Assembly: GCA_028713575.1 (NCBI GenBank)
Contig: JAQTOB010000006.1
Span: 1 to 32,000 of the forward strand
Reading direction: 5' to 3'
Source: Patescibacteria group bacterium
Lineage (GTDB): Bacteria; Patescibacteriota; Patescibacteriia; UBA2591; UBA6264
Length of the DNA: 32,000 nucleotides
Shown: in pieces, positions 15,220 through 23,203 of the stretch
Numbering within the stretch: the first letter of the stretch is position 1
Layout of the letters: the number at the start of each line of letters is the position of its first letter
The notes under the pieces: generated by a model
What the model saw: the letters and a program-made list of their open reading frames with translations, nothing else
What the model was told of the DNA's origin: nothing
Databases searched by the model: none
Position numbers and translations under genes: made by a program

Positions 15220-15984
15220 ATGATTTTGATTAAAACGTCTAAAGAAATTGAAATTATGCGTCAGGCGGGAAAAATTCTGTCTGAGGTAATGAAAAAAATT
15301 GTCCCGCATGTTCATCGGGGCGTTTCTACTTTAGAATTGGATAAATTGGCGGAAAAATTAATTAGAGAAAATGGAGCTGAACCAGGATTTAAAAATTATG
15401 AGAGTTATGGCCGATTTTATCCCGCTACTCTTTGTACTTCAATTAATAATCAGGTAGTCCATGCCTTGCCAAAAAAAAATAAAATTTTAAAAAACGGAGA
15501 TATTATTGGTCTTGATTGCGGTGTTAAATATAAGGGTTATTACTCAGACATGGCTTTGACTGTCGGAGTGGGGGAAATTTCTTTTCAGGCAAAAAGACTC
15601 ATTCAAATAACCAAAGAATCATTAGAAATAGCCATTAAGAACATAAGACCAGAAATTCATTTAGGAGATATTTCTTGGCCGATTCAGTCATTTGTTGAAA
15701 AAAACAGACTCTCAGTGGTTCGTCAGCTTTGCGGGCACGGAATAGGAAAAGAATTACATGAAGAGCCCAATGTTTTTAATTATGGTGATAGGGGAACGGG
15801 CTTAATTTTGAAACCGGGGATGGTTTTAGCCATTGAACCCATGGTAAACGAGGGAGACTGGAGGATAGAGACCCTGGATGACGAATGGACGATTGTTACC
15901 AAAGATGGTTCTCTGTCCGCTCATTTTGAACACACGATTTTAATTACGAAAACAGGAGCTGAGGTTTTAACTAAAATCAATTAA
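15220..15984 (+). CDS. map: methionine aminopeptidase type I
   Basis: Full-length similarity and metal ligand context (GLDCG, HGIG, LAIEP, FEHT). Confidence 0.96.
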   Translation: MILIKTSKEIEIMRQAGKILSEVMKKIVPHVHRGVSTLELDKLAEKLIRENGAEPGFKNYESYGRFYPATLCTSINNQVVHALPKKNKILKNGDIIGLDCGVKYKGYYSDMALTVGVGEISFQAKRLIQITKESLEIAIKNIRPEIHLGDISWPIQSFVEKNRLSVVRQLCGHGIGKELHEEPNVFNYGDRGTGLILKPGMVLAIEPMVNEGDWRIETLDDEWTIVTKDGSLSAHFEHTILITKTGAEVLTKIN

Positions 15985-16013
15985 CCTAATCAAAATCCAG
16001 AAAAATTGAAAAA

Positions 16014-16041
16014 GAAAGCGGTTAAAGCAGTCGCTTTTTTT
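16014..16041 (+). terminator. weak intrinsic terminator after map
   Basis: GAAAGCG / 11-nt loop / CGCTTTC-like stem followed by a T7 run. Confidence 0.4.
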
Positions 16042-16049
16042 ATTTTTGG

Positions 16050-16058
16050 TGCTATAAT
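16050..16058 (+). promoter_or_regulatory. extended -10 element TGcTATAAT, 6 nt before the ATG (possible leaderless transcript)
   Basis: TG at 16050-16051, TATAAT at 16053-16058, ATG at 16065. Confidence 0.35.
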
Positions 16059-16064
16059 GGGAAT

Positions 16065-16379
16065 ATGACAAAAAACAAAACAAAATTATTATTATGGAGT
16101 TTGGCCAATTCCCTGGGGACAGTACTATATGTTTTTATTATCTCCCAGATTCTTCTTTCCGGAGAAAAAATTTTTGGCAAAATGGAAGATTTATGGGGAC
16201 CTTTTATTTTTCTCCTTTTATTTGTTTTTTCCGCGGCGATTGTCGGCCTTTTGATTTTTGGAAAGGCGATACACCTTTATTTGGATAATCAAAAGAAAGA
16301 AGCCTTCAAATTATTGTTTTGCACTATCGGCTGGCTGTTTTTGGTCGTGGTTATTTTTTTGCTAATCTGCGTTCTCTAA
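16065..16379 (+). CDS. hypothetical small membrane protein (104 aa, about 3 TM segments)
   Basis: The ORF has three long hydrophobic stretches. I recognise no family. Confidence 0.6.
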   Translation: MTKNKTKLLLWSLANSLGTVLYVFIISQILLSGEKIFGKMEDLWGPFIFLLLFVFSAAIVGLLIFGKAIHLYLDNQKKEAFKLLFCTIGWLFLVVVIFLLICVL

Positions 16380-16427
16380 CACGGGCAAAACCTTTATTAT
16401 AAAAGGGGCCTGTCCCCCAAAAATATT

Positions 16428-16470
16428 CTTCTAAAAGTCTTATCAGTAAAGCGTTTTAGAAGGATTTTTT
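16428..16470 (+). terminator. intrinsic-terminator-like hairpin
   Basis: CTTCTAAAA (16428-16436) pairs perfectly with TTTTAGAAG (16454-16462), with a 17-nt loop and then GGATTTTTT. Confidence 0.45.
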
Positions 16471-16633
16471 AAATTTAGAACTATTTTGACTACTTTTATG
16501 AAAATTAGATTTTTATGGAAAATATACTTTTTACGGTTTTTTAACGGGTATAATTGACAAAAAAAATAAATTTGTTATCATAATCTTAACAATTTAAATC
16601 TTTGACAATCTAAGAGACAAATCAAACCAAGAA

Positions 16634-16640
16634 AAGGAGG
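16634..16640 (+). promoter_or_regulatory. canonical Shine-Dalgarno AAGGAGG
   Basis: 5 nt upstream of the TTG start at 16646. It is the only full SD I can find in the window. Confidence 0.6.
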
Positions 16641-16645
16641 AAAAA

Positions 16646-17077
16646 TTGAAAGAAATAAAAGAAGAGACAAGGTCAACGGCAATATTTGCCGGCGTTTTTT
16701 TAACCGTTACCTTTGCGACTCGCTATCAGCCAGGAGCGGTAATCCTGGGCTGCCTGGTGGCGCTTCTCATTTTTTTTCTTTCCATTATGGGAAAGAAGAT
16801 TCCCTGGACAATTTTTATGGTTGTTAATCCGTTTTTAGCAGCCATTATGATCCAGATAATAAAACAAGAAAATGCCGGAGTATTTGATATCATTTTTTTA
16901 GGAATACTGACGGTAATCTTAATTCTTTCCTTTAATTTCTGGGCCCTCTCTATAATGAATAGAGTAAGGGAGAGATATTACCCCAGAAAACCGGACCAGG
17001 GGAGAATGAAAAAAAGATTTTTTCTTTGCCAGGGATTGCTTTTTATTCTTCTGGCAATTATTTCATTGATATTATAA
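16646..17077 (+). CDS. hypothetical membrane protein (143 aa, about 4 TM segments), TTG start
   Basis: ORF with a strong SD and a hydrophobic profile. I recognise no family. Confidence 0.65.
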   Translation: MKEIKEETRSTAIFAGVFLTVTFATRYQPGAVILGCLVALLIFFLSIMGKKIPWTIFMVVNPFLAAIMIQIIKQENAGVFDIIFLGILTVILILSFNFWALSIMNRVRERYYPRKPDQGRMKKRFFLCQGLLFILLAIISLIL

Positions 17078-17094
17078 ATTAGTATTTATATATC

Positions 17095-17124
17095 AAAAAA
17101 AAGGACCTACAACAGGTCCTTTTT
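17095..17124. terminator. bidirectional intrinsic terminator
   Basis: AAAAAAAAGGACCT / ACAAC / AGGTCCTTTTT. A perfect 7-bp GC-containing stem flanked by an A-run and a T-run, sitting between convergent units. Confidence 0.75.
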
Positions 17125-17137
17125 AATTATAAAAAAG

Positions 17138-17210
17138 GGGTGGCTAACGGGGGTTGAACCCGTGATAAGACTTCCACAGAGTCTTGTGTTACCGCTACAC
17201 TATAGCCACC
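17138..17210 (-). tRNA. tRNA-His (GTG)
   Basis: Manual cloverleaf on the reverse complement. Anticodon stem AGACT/AGTCT, loop CTGTGGA, T-arm ACGGG-TTCAACC-CCCGT, encoded G-1 opposite C73. CCA is not fully encoded. Confidence 0.9.
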
Positions 17211-17215
17211 ATAAA

Positions 17216-17290
17216 TGGTACCCCCAAGAGGAGTCGAACCTCTGTCCAGAGTTTAGAAAACTCTTGTTCTGTCCGTTGAACTATGGGGGC
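17216..17290 (-). tRNA. tRNA-Arg (TCT)
   Basis: Manual cloverleaf. Acceptor GCCCCCA/TGGGGGT, anticodon stem AGAGT/ACTCT with loop TTTCTAA, T-arm AGAGG-TTCGACT-CCTCT, CCA encoded. Confidence 0.92.
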
Positions 17291-17327
17291 TTGTAATTTA
17301 GGATTTGGGATTTAGGATTTGCGAGTC

Positions 17328-18212
17328 TTAAATTTTTCTTAAAGCAGAGATTCTTTTTTCAATTGGCGGATGTGTGCTAAAAAGATTGGCGGTAAAGTTT
17401 TTTACTTGGCCGAAAGGACTGGCAATATAAAGATGGGCGATGGCGCCATTGGCCCTTTTTAAGGGTTGATTGTATTGGGATATTTTTTCTAATGCCCGAG
17501 CTAATCCCTCGGGATAACGAGTCAATAAAGCGCCGGAAGCATCGGCCAAATACTCTCTTTTTCGGGAAATGGCCAGTTTAATTAACTGAGCAACCAAAGG
17601 AGAGAGAATAATGAGAGCCAATCCTAGAAGAAAAAAAATAATACTGATTGAACCCGCTTTATTATCCCGACTGCGGTTACCAAGGGAACCAATTCTAAAA
17701 AACCACTGGCTTAAAATGCTGACTATTCCTACCAACACGACCACCAAGGTCATTAATCTGATATCATAGTTTTTTATATGTGATAATTCATGAGCAATTA
17801 CTCCTTCTAATTCTTCATTTTCTAGATTTTTAATCAAGCCAGTAGTTAAGGCAATAGAAGCATGTTTTGGGTCGCGGCCAGTAGCAAAAGCATTGGGAAC
17901 CGGGTCGTCAATGATGTGTATTTTAGGCACAGGAATGCCGGCGGTAATACAAAGATTTTCTACAAGATTAAAGACATAAGGATTGTGTTCCTTTTTTATT
18001 TCTTTGGCGCCGGCAGTCCAAAGAGCCACTTTATCGCCGGAATAATATCCGCTTAAACTCATAATTAAGGCGATAATTATCGCCACAATTAAACCAGTAT
18101 AACCAGTATTACTAAGACGAGTGAAAATCCAACCAAGAAAAATAATAAAAAAAACAAAGATGATTGTGAAAATAAATGATTTTCTTTTATTATTGTCTAT
18201 TTGAGAGTACAT
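17328..18212 (-). CDS. htpX: M48-family zinc metalloprotease HtpX
   Basis: HELSHIKNYD (HExxH), N-terminal TM pairs and a C-terminal STHPP motif. Confidence 0.92.
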   Translation of the reverse strand: MYSQIDNNKRKSFIFTIIFVFFIIFLGWIFTRLSNTGYTGLIVAIIIALIMSLSGYYSGDKVALWTAGAKEIKKEHNPYVFNLVENLCITAGIPVPKIHIIDDPVPNAFATGRDPKHASIALTTGLIKNLENEELEGVIAHELSHIKNYDIRLMTLVVVLVGIVSILSQWFFRIGSLGNRSRDNKAGSISIIFFLLGLALIILSPLVAQLIKLAISRKREYLADASGALLTRYPEGLARALEKISQYNQPLKRANGAIAHLYIASPFGQVKNFTANLFSTHPPIEKRISALRKI

Positions 18213-18378
18213 AAAATAAATTTAAAATGCAAAAATCAATCCCATTAGAAATTTTTATAATTGGTGTTTGTGCTATTATATTTTAGATAATTTTTATTAA
18301 AGGGATTTCTAACGGGATTAAAATGTAAAATTATTTAAAATAACCAATAATTAAGATACAAGATACAAACAAATTCCA

Positions 18379-18394
18379 TCCGCCAGCTGGCGGA
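18379..18394. terminator. perfect 16-bp palindrome TCCGCCAGCTGGCGGA between xerC-like stop and htpX start
   Basis: Read directly from the sequence. On the minus strand it follows the recombinase stop by about 110 nt. It has no strong U-tract, so terminator function is uncertain. Confidence 0.35.
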
Positions 18395-18505
18395 CAATAG
18401 TCAAACAATTTGGTTATTCGATTATTGGTCATTGATTATTGTTTGGTTATTGTTTCTTGTATTTTGTGTCTTTTTGATTGTTTTTTTTGTTTATGTTCCC
18501 ATGTT

Positions 18506-19459
18506 CTAATGTTCCCTGCGTTGGCGGCCATGAAAAGCTTGATAAACTTCTTTCAGGTGTTGATCCGTAACATGCGTGTATATTTGGGTGGTAGTAATAT
18601 TTTTATGGCCGAGCATTTCCTGCACTGCTCTTAAATCGGCGCCGCCGGAAAGAAGGTCGGTAGCAAAAGAATGACGCAAGCTGTGAGTTGTTATTCTTTT
18701 GGTTAATCCGGCGACTTTAGAGTATTTTTTTACGAGGCGTTGGATAGAGCGAGGGGTTAGACCTTTTTCTTCTGCGTTTTTACCAACGGATTTTTCAGCC
18801 CCTTCCGCCGCTCGGTCATATCTGATAAAAAGATGACTTCCAACGTCGGTTCGCGATTCCAGATATTTTTTTAACCAGTAAAGGGCTTGATTAGAAAGAA
18901 AAACCACTCGCCAATGGCCGCCTTTCCCTCGCACGCTGAATTCGCTTTTTTTTAAATTGATGTCTTCTTTTTTCAGATTGGCCAATTCAGAGACCCGCAA
19001 ACCGGTAGAAAAAAGAAGTTCCAGAATGGCTTTATCGCGAAGTTTGATAATGTCTTCTTGTTTAATCTGGAATGGCGCGGCCAGTAATTTTTCCAAATCA
19101 TTGCCTTCTAAAAAAGAAATTTGTCGTTCCCTGATTTTGGCCAAATCTATTTTTTCCGGGGACAGAACTTTAATATCTCTTTTGGCTAAATATTTTAAAA
19201 ATACGCGTAAAGCGATTAAGTGATAATTAAGCGTAGATGAAGAAAGATTGCCGCCACGAGGGTTTTTTAGGCGAGATAACCAAAGTCGGTATTTTCTTAC
19301 TGCTTCGGCGGTAATTTGTTCCGGAGAATCAATTTGGGATTGTTTTAAAAATCTTTTTAAATAAAGATTATAATTTCGGACAGTTAATTGACTGGAACCC
19401 TTTTCAATTTCCAAATATTCTAGAAATTCGGTGATTAAATTTTTTAAATCCCAAGGCAT
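18506..19459 (-). CDS. tyrosine recombinase, XerC/XerD type
   Basis: RHSFATDLL and LGHKNITTTQIYTHV catalytic region, plus an N-terminal SAM-like core-binding domain (FLEYLEIEKGSSQLTVRNY). Confidence 0.9.
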   Translation of the reverse strand: MPWDLKNLITEFLEYLEIEKGSSQLTVRNYNLYLKRFLKQSQIDSPEQITAEAVRKYRLWLSRLKNPRGGNLSSSTLNYHLIALRVFLKYLAKRDIKVLSPEKIDLAKIRERQISFLEGNDLEKLLAAPFQIKQEDIIKLRDKAILELLFSTGLRVSELANLKKEDINLKKSEFSVRGKGGHWRVVFLSNQALYWLKKYLESRTDVGSHLFIRYDRAAEGAEKSVGKNAEEKGLTPRSIQRLVKKYSKVAGLTKRITTHSLRHSFATDLLSGGADLRAVQEMLGHKNITTTQIYTHVTDQHLKEVYQAFHGRQRREH

Positions 19460-19503
19460 AATTTTTTAAAAACAAAGTAATAATAACATTTTTATTTATC
19501 TTG

Positions 19504-19872
19504 TCAAGATTTTGCGACGCAAAATTTATTTTTTATTTTCCACCAATAACCTAGTAAAATGCCGGCCGAATCAAAACAAACATCAGCTAAGGCCATATTT
19601 CTGCCTGGAACAAAATTTTGGTGGAATTCATCAAGAATAGAATAAAAAATAGAAATAAAAATAGCCCATTTTAGTGATTTATTTAAGGGGCGCGACAGGA
19701 GAAGAAATAAAATCCCATATTCCAGTAAATGGGCGATTTTTCTTAAAACAAGGTCATAGATTTTTTCCAGTCCGCTTTGCAAATTGGGAATAGAAGAAAG
19801 AAAAAAAATAAAAGTCATCCAAATGACCACAGGCAACCATAAATTGATAAGTTTAAAAATTTTTTTATTCAT
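19504..19872 (-). CDS. VanZ-like family membrane protein
   Basis: KIAHLLEYGILF and DEFHQNFVPGRNMALADVCFDSAGILLG motifs. Confidence 0.75.
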   Translation of the reverse strand: MNKKIFKLINLWLPVVIWMTFIFFLSSIPNLQSGLEKIYDLVLRKIAHLLEYGILFLLLSRPLNKSLKWAIFISIFYSILDEFHQNFVPGRNMALADVCFDSAGILLGYWWKIKNKFCVAKS

Positions 19873-19959
19873 ATTCCAATTCTATTTTAAATATCCGTTT
19901 AGTCAAGTTTTTAAGTTGCCTTTTTTCTGATTTTATGTTAAAATACGGTCAGTCAAAAT

Positions 19960-19987
19960 TTGCCATCCCGGGGCAAAATGTTATAAT
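19960..19987 (+). promoter_or_regulatory. candidate rpsO promoter (TTGCCA / 16 nt / TGt-TATAAT)
   Basis: TTGCCA at 19960-19965, TG at 19979-19980, TATAAT at 19982-19987, 21 nt before the ATG. The spacer contains the inverted repeat TTTGCC...GGCAAA. Confidence 0.5.
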
Positions 19988-20008
19988 AATAATCAGTAAA
20001 AAATAATT

Positions 20009-20284
20009 ATGTCTAAAGCAAAAAATAGTAAAAAAGAAGACAAAAAAAAGATTGTCAATAATTTTCAAATCAATGAAAAAGATACCGGTTCGGCCGAAGT
20101 GCAAATCGGTCTTTTAACTAAGGAAATAAAAGATTTAACTGAACACTTAAGGGTTCATATTCATGACCATTCTTCACGTCGAGGTTTGTTAAAAAAAGTT
20201 AGTTTGCGTCGAAAATTTTTGAAATATTTGCAAGCAGATAGTCCGCAAAGATATGAGAAAGTAGTCAAAAAAATTAAAAAATAA
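20009..20284 (+). CDS. rpsO: 30S ribosomal protein S15
   Basis: GSAEVQIGLLTKEIKDLTEHLRVHIHDHSSRRGLLKKV. Confidence 0.96.
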   Translation: MSKAKNSKKEDKKKIVNNFQINEKDTGSAEVQIGLLTKEIKDLTEHLRVHIHDHSSRRGLLKKVSLRRKFLKYLQADSPQRYEKVVKKIKK

Positions 20285-20289
20285 AATTT

Positions 20290-20793
20290 ATGATGAAACA
20301 TAAAGACCAGCGTGTAGGCATTTTTGTTGACGCTCAGAATATGTATCATTCTGCTAAGAATTTGTATAAGGCGAACGTCAATTTTGCTAAAATTTTAGAA
20401 ACCGCCATTGCCGACCGAAAAGTAATCAGAGCCATCGCTTATGTTATTAGGTCAAAAACCAGAGAAGAACAAGGATTTTTTGAAGTGATTGAAAAACAAG
20501 GATTTGAGTTAAAAATAAAGGATTTGCAAATTTTCCCCGGCGGTATGAAAAAGGGCGATTGGGACGTCGGTTTAGCCGTTGATGCAATTAAAACCGCGGA
20601 TAAATTAGACGTGGTAATTTTAGTTACCGGCGACGGAGATTTTATTCCTTTAATTTCTTATTTAAGAGAAAATAAGGGTTGTTTAGTTGAGCTTTTGGCG
20701 TTTAGTGAAACAACATCAGCCAAATTAATTGAAACAGTTGATGAATTTATAGATTTAAGCAAGAACAAAAGGAAATTTTTAATTAAGAAGTAG
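20290..20793 (+). CDS. NYN-domain (LabA/DUF88-like, PIN-fold) putative ribonuclease
   Basis: VGIFVDAQN, DWDVGLAVDA and ILVTGDGDFIPL acidic-residue motifs typical of NYN/LabA proteins. Confidence 0.8.
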   Translation: MMKHKDQRVGIFVDAQNMYHSAKNLYKANVNFAKILETAIADRKVIRAIAYVIRSKTREEQGFFEVIEKQGFELKIKDLQIFPGGMKKGDWDVGLAVDAIKTADKLDVVILVTGDGDFIPLISYLRENKGCLVELLAFSETTSAKLIETVDEFIDLSKNKRKFLIKK

Positions 20794-20815
20794 CGATACA
20801 AATTAACACGAGCCA

Positions 20816-20876
20816 AACATACGAATACAACAAAATGTATGTAAACAGCTACAAATATTCGCAGTATTCGTATGTT
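20816..20876 (+). promoter_or_regulatory. pnp leader stem-loop (13-bp perfect stem, 35-nt loop)
   Basis: AACATACGAATAC (20816-20828) is the exact reverse complement of GTATTCGTATGTT (20864-20876). It ends 37 nt before the pnp ATG. Confidence 0.55.
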
Positions 20877-20912
20877 ATTCGTAGATTAGCATTGCTTTAA
20901 GCGAAGTGTTTT

Positions 20913-23114
20913 ATGGAATTTAAAAAACAAATAAGCGAGAAACAGTTAATTGTTAAAATTGGAGATTTGGCCAGGCAATCCAATGGTAGTTGCGTGGTAC
21001 AATATGGTGAAACAACGGTTTTGGCGACCGCGGTTTTGGGCGCAGAAGAAAAAGAATTAGATTATTTTCCTCTTTCTGTTGAATATGAAGAAAAATTTTA
21101 TGCCGCGGGCAAAATTAAAGGTTCACGTTTTATTAAAAGAGAAACTCGTCCGCCTGACGAAGCGGTTTTAACCGGACGTTTAATTGACCGTTCTATTAGG
21201 CCTCTTTTTAGTCAAGAATATCGTCGCGCTGTTCAGGTAATTTTAACCGTTCTTTCAGTTGACCAAGAAAACGACCCAGATATTGTGGCCTTATGGGCCG
21301 CTTCTATTGCCTTAAGTATTTCTGACATCTCTTGGAACGGACCGATTGCCGGGGTGCGGGTGAGTCGTTTTTTAGAGAACAATGAAAGCAATTGGGTTAT
21401 TAATCCGTCTTATGAAGTTCGCGCCAAAAGTGACCTTGATTTGGTTGTTTGCGGAGCACAAGGAAGAGTCATTATGGTGGAAGCCGGAGCCAAAGAAATA
21501 AAAAACAATGAGATGGCCGAGGCGATTAAAATCGGATTGGAACATTTAGGAGAAATAAATGATTTTATTAAAGAAATTCAAGTTAATGTCGGAAAGCAAA
21601 AAATTCCCTTAGTGGCTGATTTAACCGATGAAGAAGTTTTGGCCAAAGCGGAATTAAGAAAGATTACAGAAGACATTGTTAAAGAACAAGCGCCAAAATA
21701 TTTATTTGAAAAACATTTAAAAACAAAAGAAGAGAGAATTGCGGCTGCGGAAAAGATTAGGGCTAAACTGGACGAAATTCTTTTAGAAAAGCAAATTGGG
21801 AAAGAAAAAAGAGTTAAAGCTATGGAATATGCTAATAAATTAATTTATCAACAGGTAAGTTTGGGTATTTTGAATAATAACCAGCGGATTGATGGACGTA
21901 ATCTTGACGAGATAAGACCGATTGATTGTCAGGTGAGTGTTTTGCCCCGAGTGCACGGATCAGCGATTTTTAGTAGAGGAGAAACCCAAGTGCTTTCCAT
22001 TGTTACTTTGGCCGCTCCCGGTTCAGAACAATATCTTGATACGATGGAAGAAAGCGGACGTAAACGTTTTATGCATCATTATAATTTTCCGCCTTTTTGT
22101 TCAGGCGAGGTTAAACATTTGAGTTCAACTGGTCGTCGTGAAATCGGCCATGGTGCTTTAGCAGAAAAGGGCATTATTCCAGTTTTACCGCCTAAAGAAA
22201 ATTTTCCGCATACGATTCGTATTGTTTCCGAAGTGCTTTCTTCAAATGGTTCAACATCTATGGCTTCTGTTTGCGCTTCAGTTTTATCTGCTATGGACGC
22301 AGGCATTCCTTTGTCTAAGCCAGTGGCCGGCATTGCCATTGGGTTAGCTTCAGAAGAGGACGAAAAAGGATTTAAACGTTATAAAATTATTACTGATATT
22401 CAGGACTTAGAAGATGGTCCGGGCGGCATGGACTTTAAGGTTGTCGGCACTGACCAGGGAATTACCGCCGTTCAAATGGATACCAAAACTAAAGGCTTAA
22501 CACTTCCCATGATTGATGAAATATTAGACGCGGCAAGTAAGGCGAGATTGGAAGTTTTAAATAAAATGAGACAAGTATTAGAAAGTCCAAGACCAGAATT
22601 ATCTCCTTATGCTCCACAGGTGATAATATTTAAAATTAATCCTGATAAAATACGAGATGTTATTGGTCCGGGAGGAAGAGTGATTAACGATATTATAAAT
22701 CACACCGGGGCCATGATTGATATTGAACAAGACGGCAGCGTTTCTGTTACTTCACCTAATAAAGAATCTTTACAAAAAGCGGTTGAATGGATTAAAAATT
22801 TAACCCGGGAAATAGTGGCAGGAGAAGTTTTTGAAGGGAAAGTTACTAGAATTATGGATTTTGGCGCTTTTGTGGAATTAATTCCCGGACAAGAAGGAAT
22901 GGTTCATGTTTCTGAAATGGACTATCAAAGAGTTGAACATCCTAATGATTTGGTTAAAGTTGACGATTTAGTTAAGGTAAAAGTGATGGAAATAGATAAA
23001 CAGGGAAGAATTAATCTTTCCATGAAAGCCCTAAAAACCCCACCGGAGGGCTTTAGTGGAAATTATGTTCCGCGAAAGCGTCCGGCTAGACGACCATTCC
23101 GTTCATCTCGTTAG
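20913..23114 (+). CDS. pnp: polyribonucleotide nucleotidyltransferase (PNPase)
   Basis: Two RNase PH domains, a KH domain (VIGPGGRVINDI) and an S1 domain (GKVTRIMDFGAFVEL). Confidence 0.97.
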   Translation: MEFKKQISEKQLIVKIGDLARQSNGSCVVQYGETTVLATAVLGAEEKELDYFPLSVEYEEKFYAAGKIKGSRFIKRETRPPDEAVLTGRLIDRSIRPLFSQEYRRAVQVILTVLSVDQENDPDIVALWAASIALSISDISWNGPIAGVRVSRFLENNESNWVINPSYEVRAKSDLDLVVCGAQGRVIMVEAGAKEIKNNEMAEAIKIGLEHLGEINDFIKEIQVNVGKQKIPLVADLTDEEVLAKAELRKITEDIVKEQAPKYLFEKHLKTKEERIAAAEKIRAKLDEILLEKQIGKEKRVKAMEYANKLIYQQVSLGILNNNQRIDGRNLDEIRPIDCQVSVLPRVHGSAIFSRGETQVLSIVTLAAPGSEQYLDTMEESGRKRFMHHYNFPPFCSGEVKHLSSTGRREIGHGALAEKGIIPVLPPKENFPHTIRIVSEVLSSNGSTSMASVCASVLSAMDAGIPLSKPVAGIAIGLASEEDEKGFKRYKIITDIQDLEDGPGGMDFKVVGTDQGITAVQMDTKTKGLTLPMIDEILDAASKARLEVLNKMRQVLESPRPELSPYAPQVIIFKINPDKIRDVIGPGGRVINDIINHTGAMIDIEQDGSVSVTSPNKESLQKAVEWIKNLTREIVAGEVFEGKVTRIMDFGAFVELIPGQEGMVHVSEMDYQRVEHPNDLVKVDDLVKVKVMEIDKQGRINLSMKALKTPPEGFSGNYVPRKRPARRPFRSSR

Positions 23115-23139
23115 GAATTGGTTTTTATAATAGAAGTTT

Positions 23140-23166
23140 TCAAGCAGGGCCTTTCTTGATTTTTTT
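23140..23166 (+). terminator. intrinsic-terminator-like hairpin after pnp
   Basis: TCAAG / 10-nt loop / CTTGA followed by a T7 run. Confidence 0.45.
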
Positions 23167-23203
23167 GATAAAATGAAGAATAAAAAATTTAAATAATAAA
23201 TTT

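Noticed and set aside
16094-16288. 64-aa alternative-frame ORF inside the 104-aa membrane ORF
   Set aside because: It is on the same strand and nested. The longer frame has a coherent TM profile and a promoter-proximal ATG.
18410-18634. 74-aa plus-strand ORF
   Set aside because: It runs through repeat-word spacer DNA and then antisense to the conserved C-terminus of the recombinase. The translation is Cys/Leu/Phe-rich junk.
17138-19459. The tRNA-His/tRNA-Arg plus tyrosine recombinase neighbourhood as an integrated mobile element
   Set aside because: The recombinase has Xer-type N- and C-terminal motifs and lies next to housekeeping htpX. I found no duplicated tRNA 3' segment (att-like direct repeat) and no phage or plasmid genes in the window.
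19916-19944. dif-like half-site TTATGTTAAAAT resembling the E. coli XerD arm TTATGTTAAAT, about 475 bp from the Xer-type recombinase
   Set aside because: The expected partner arm is absent: the left 11 nt are TTGCCTTTTTT, with no CATAA-type inverted arm. ATGTTAAAAT is also a common word in this AT-rich genome (it recurs at 10311-10355). The match is probably chance.
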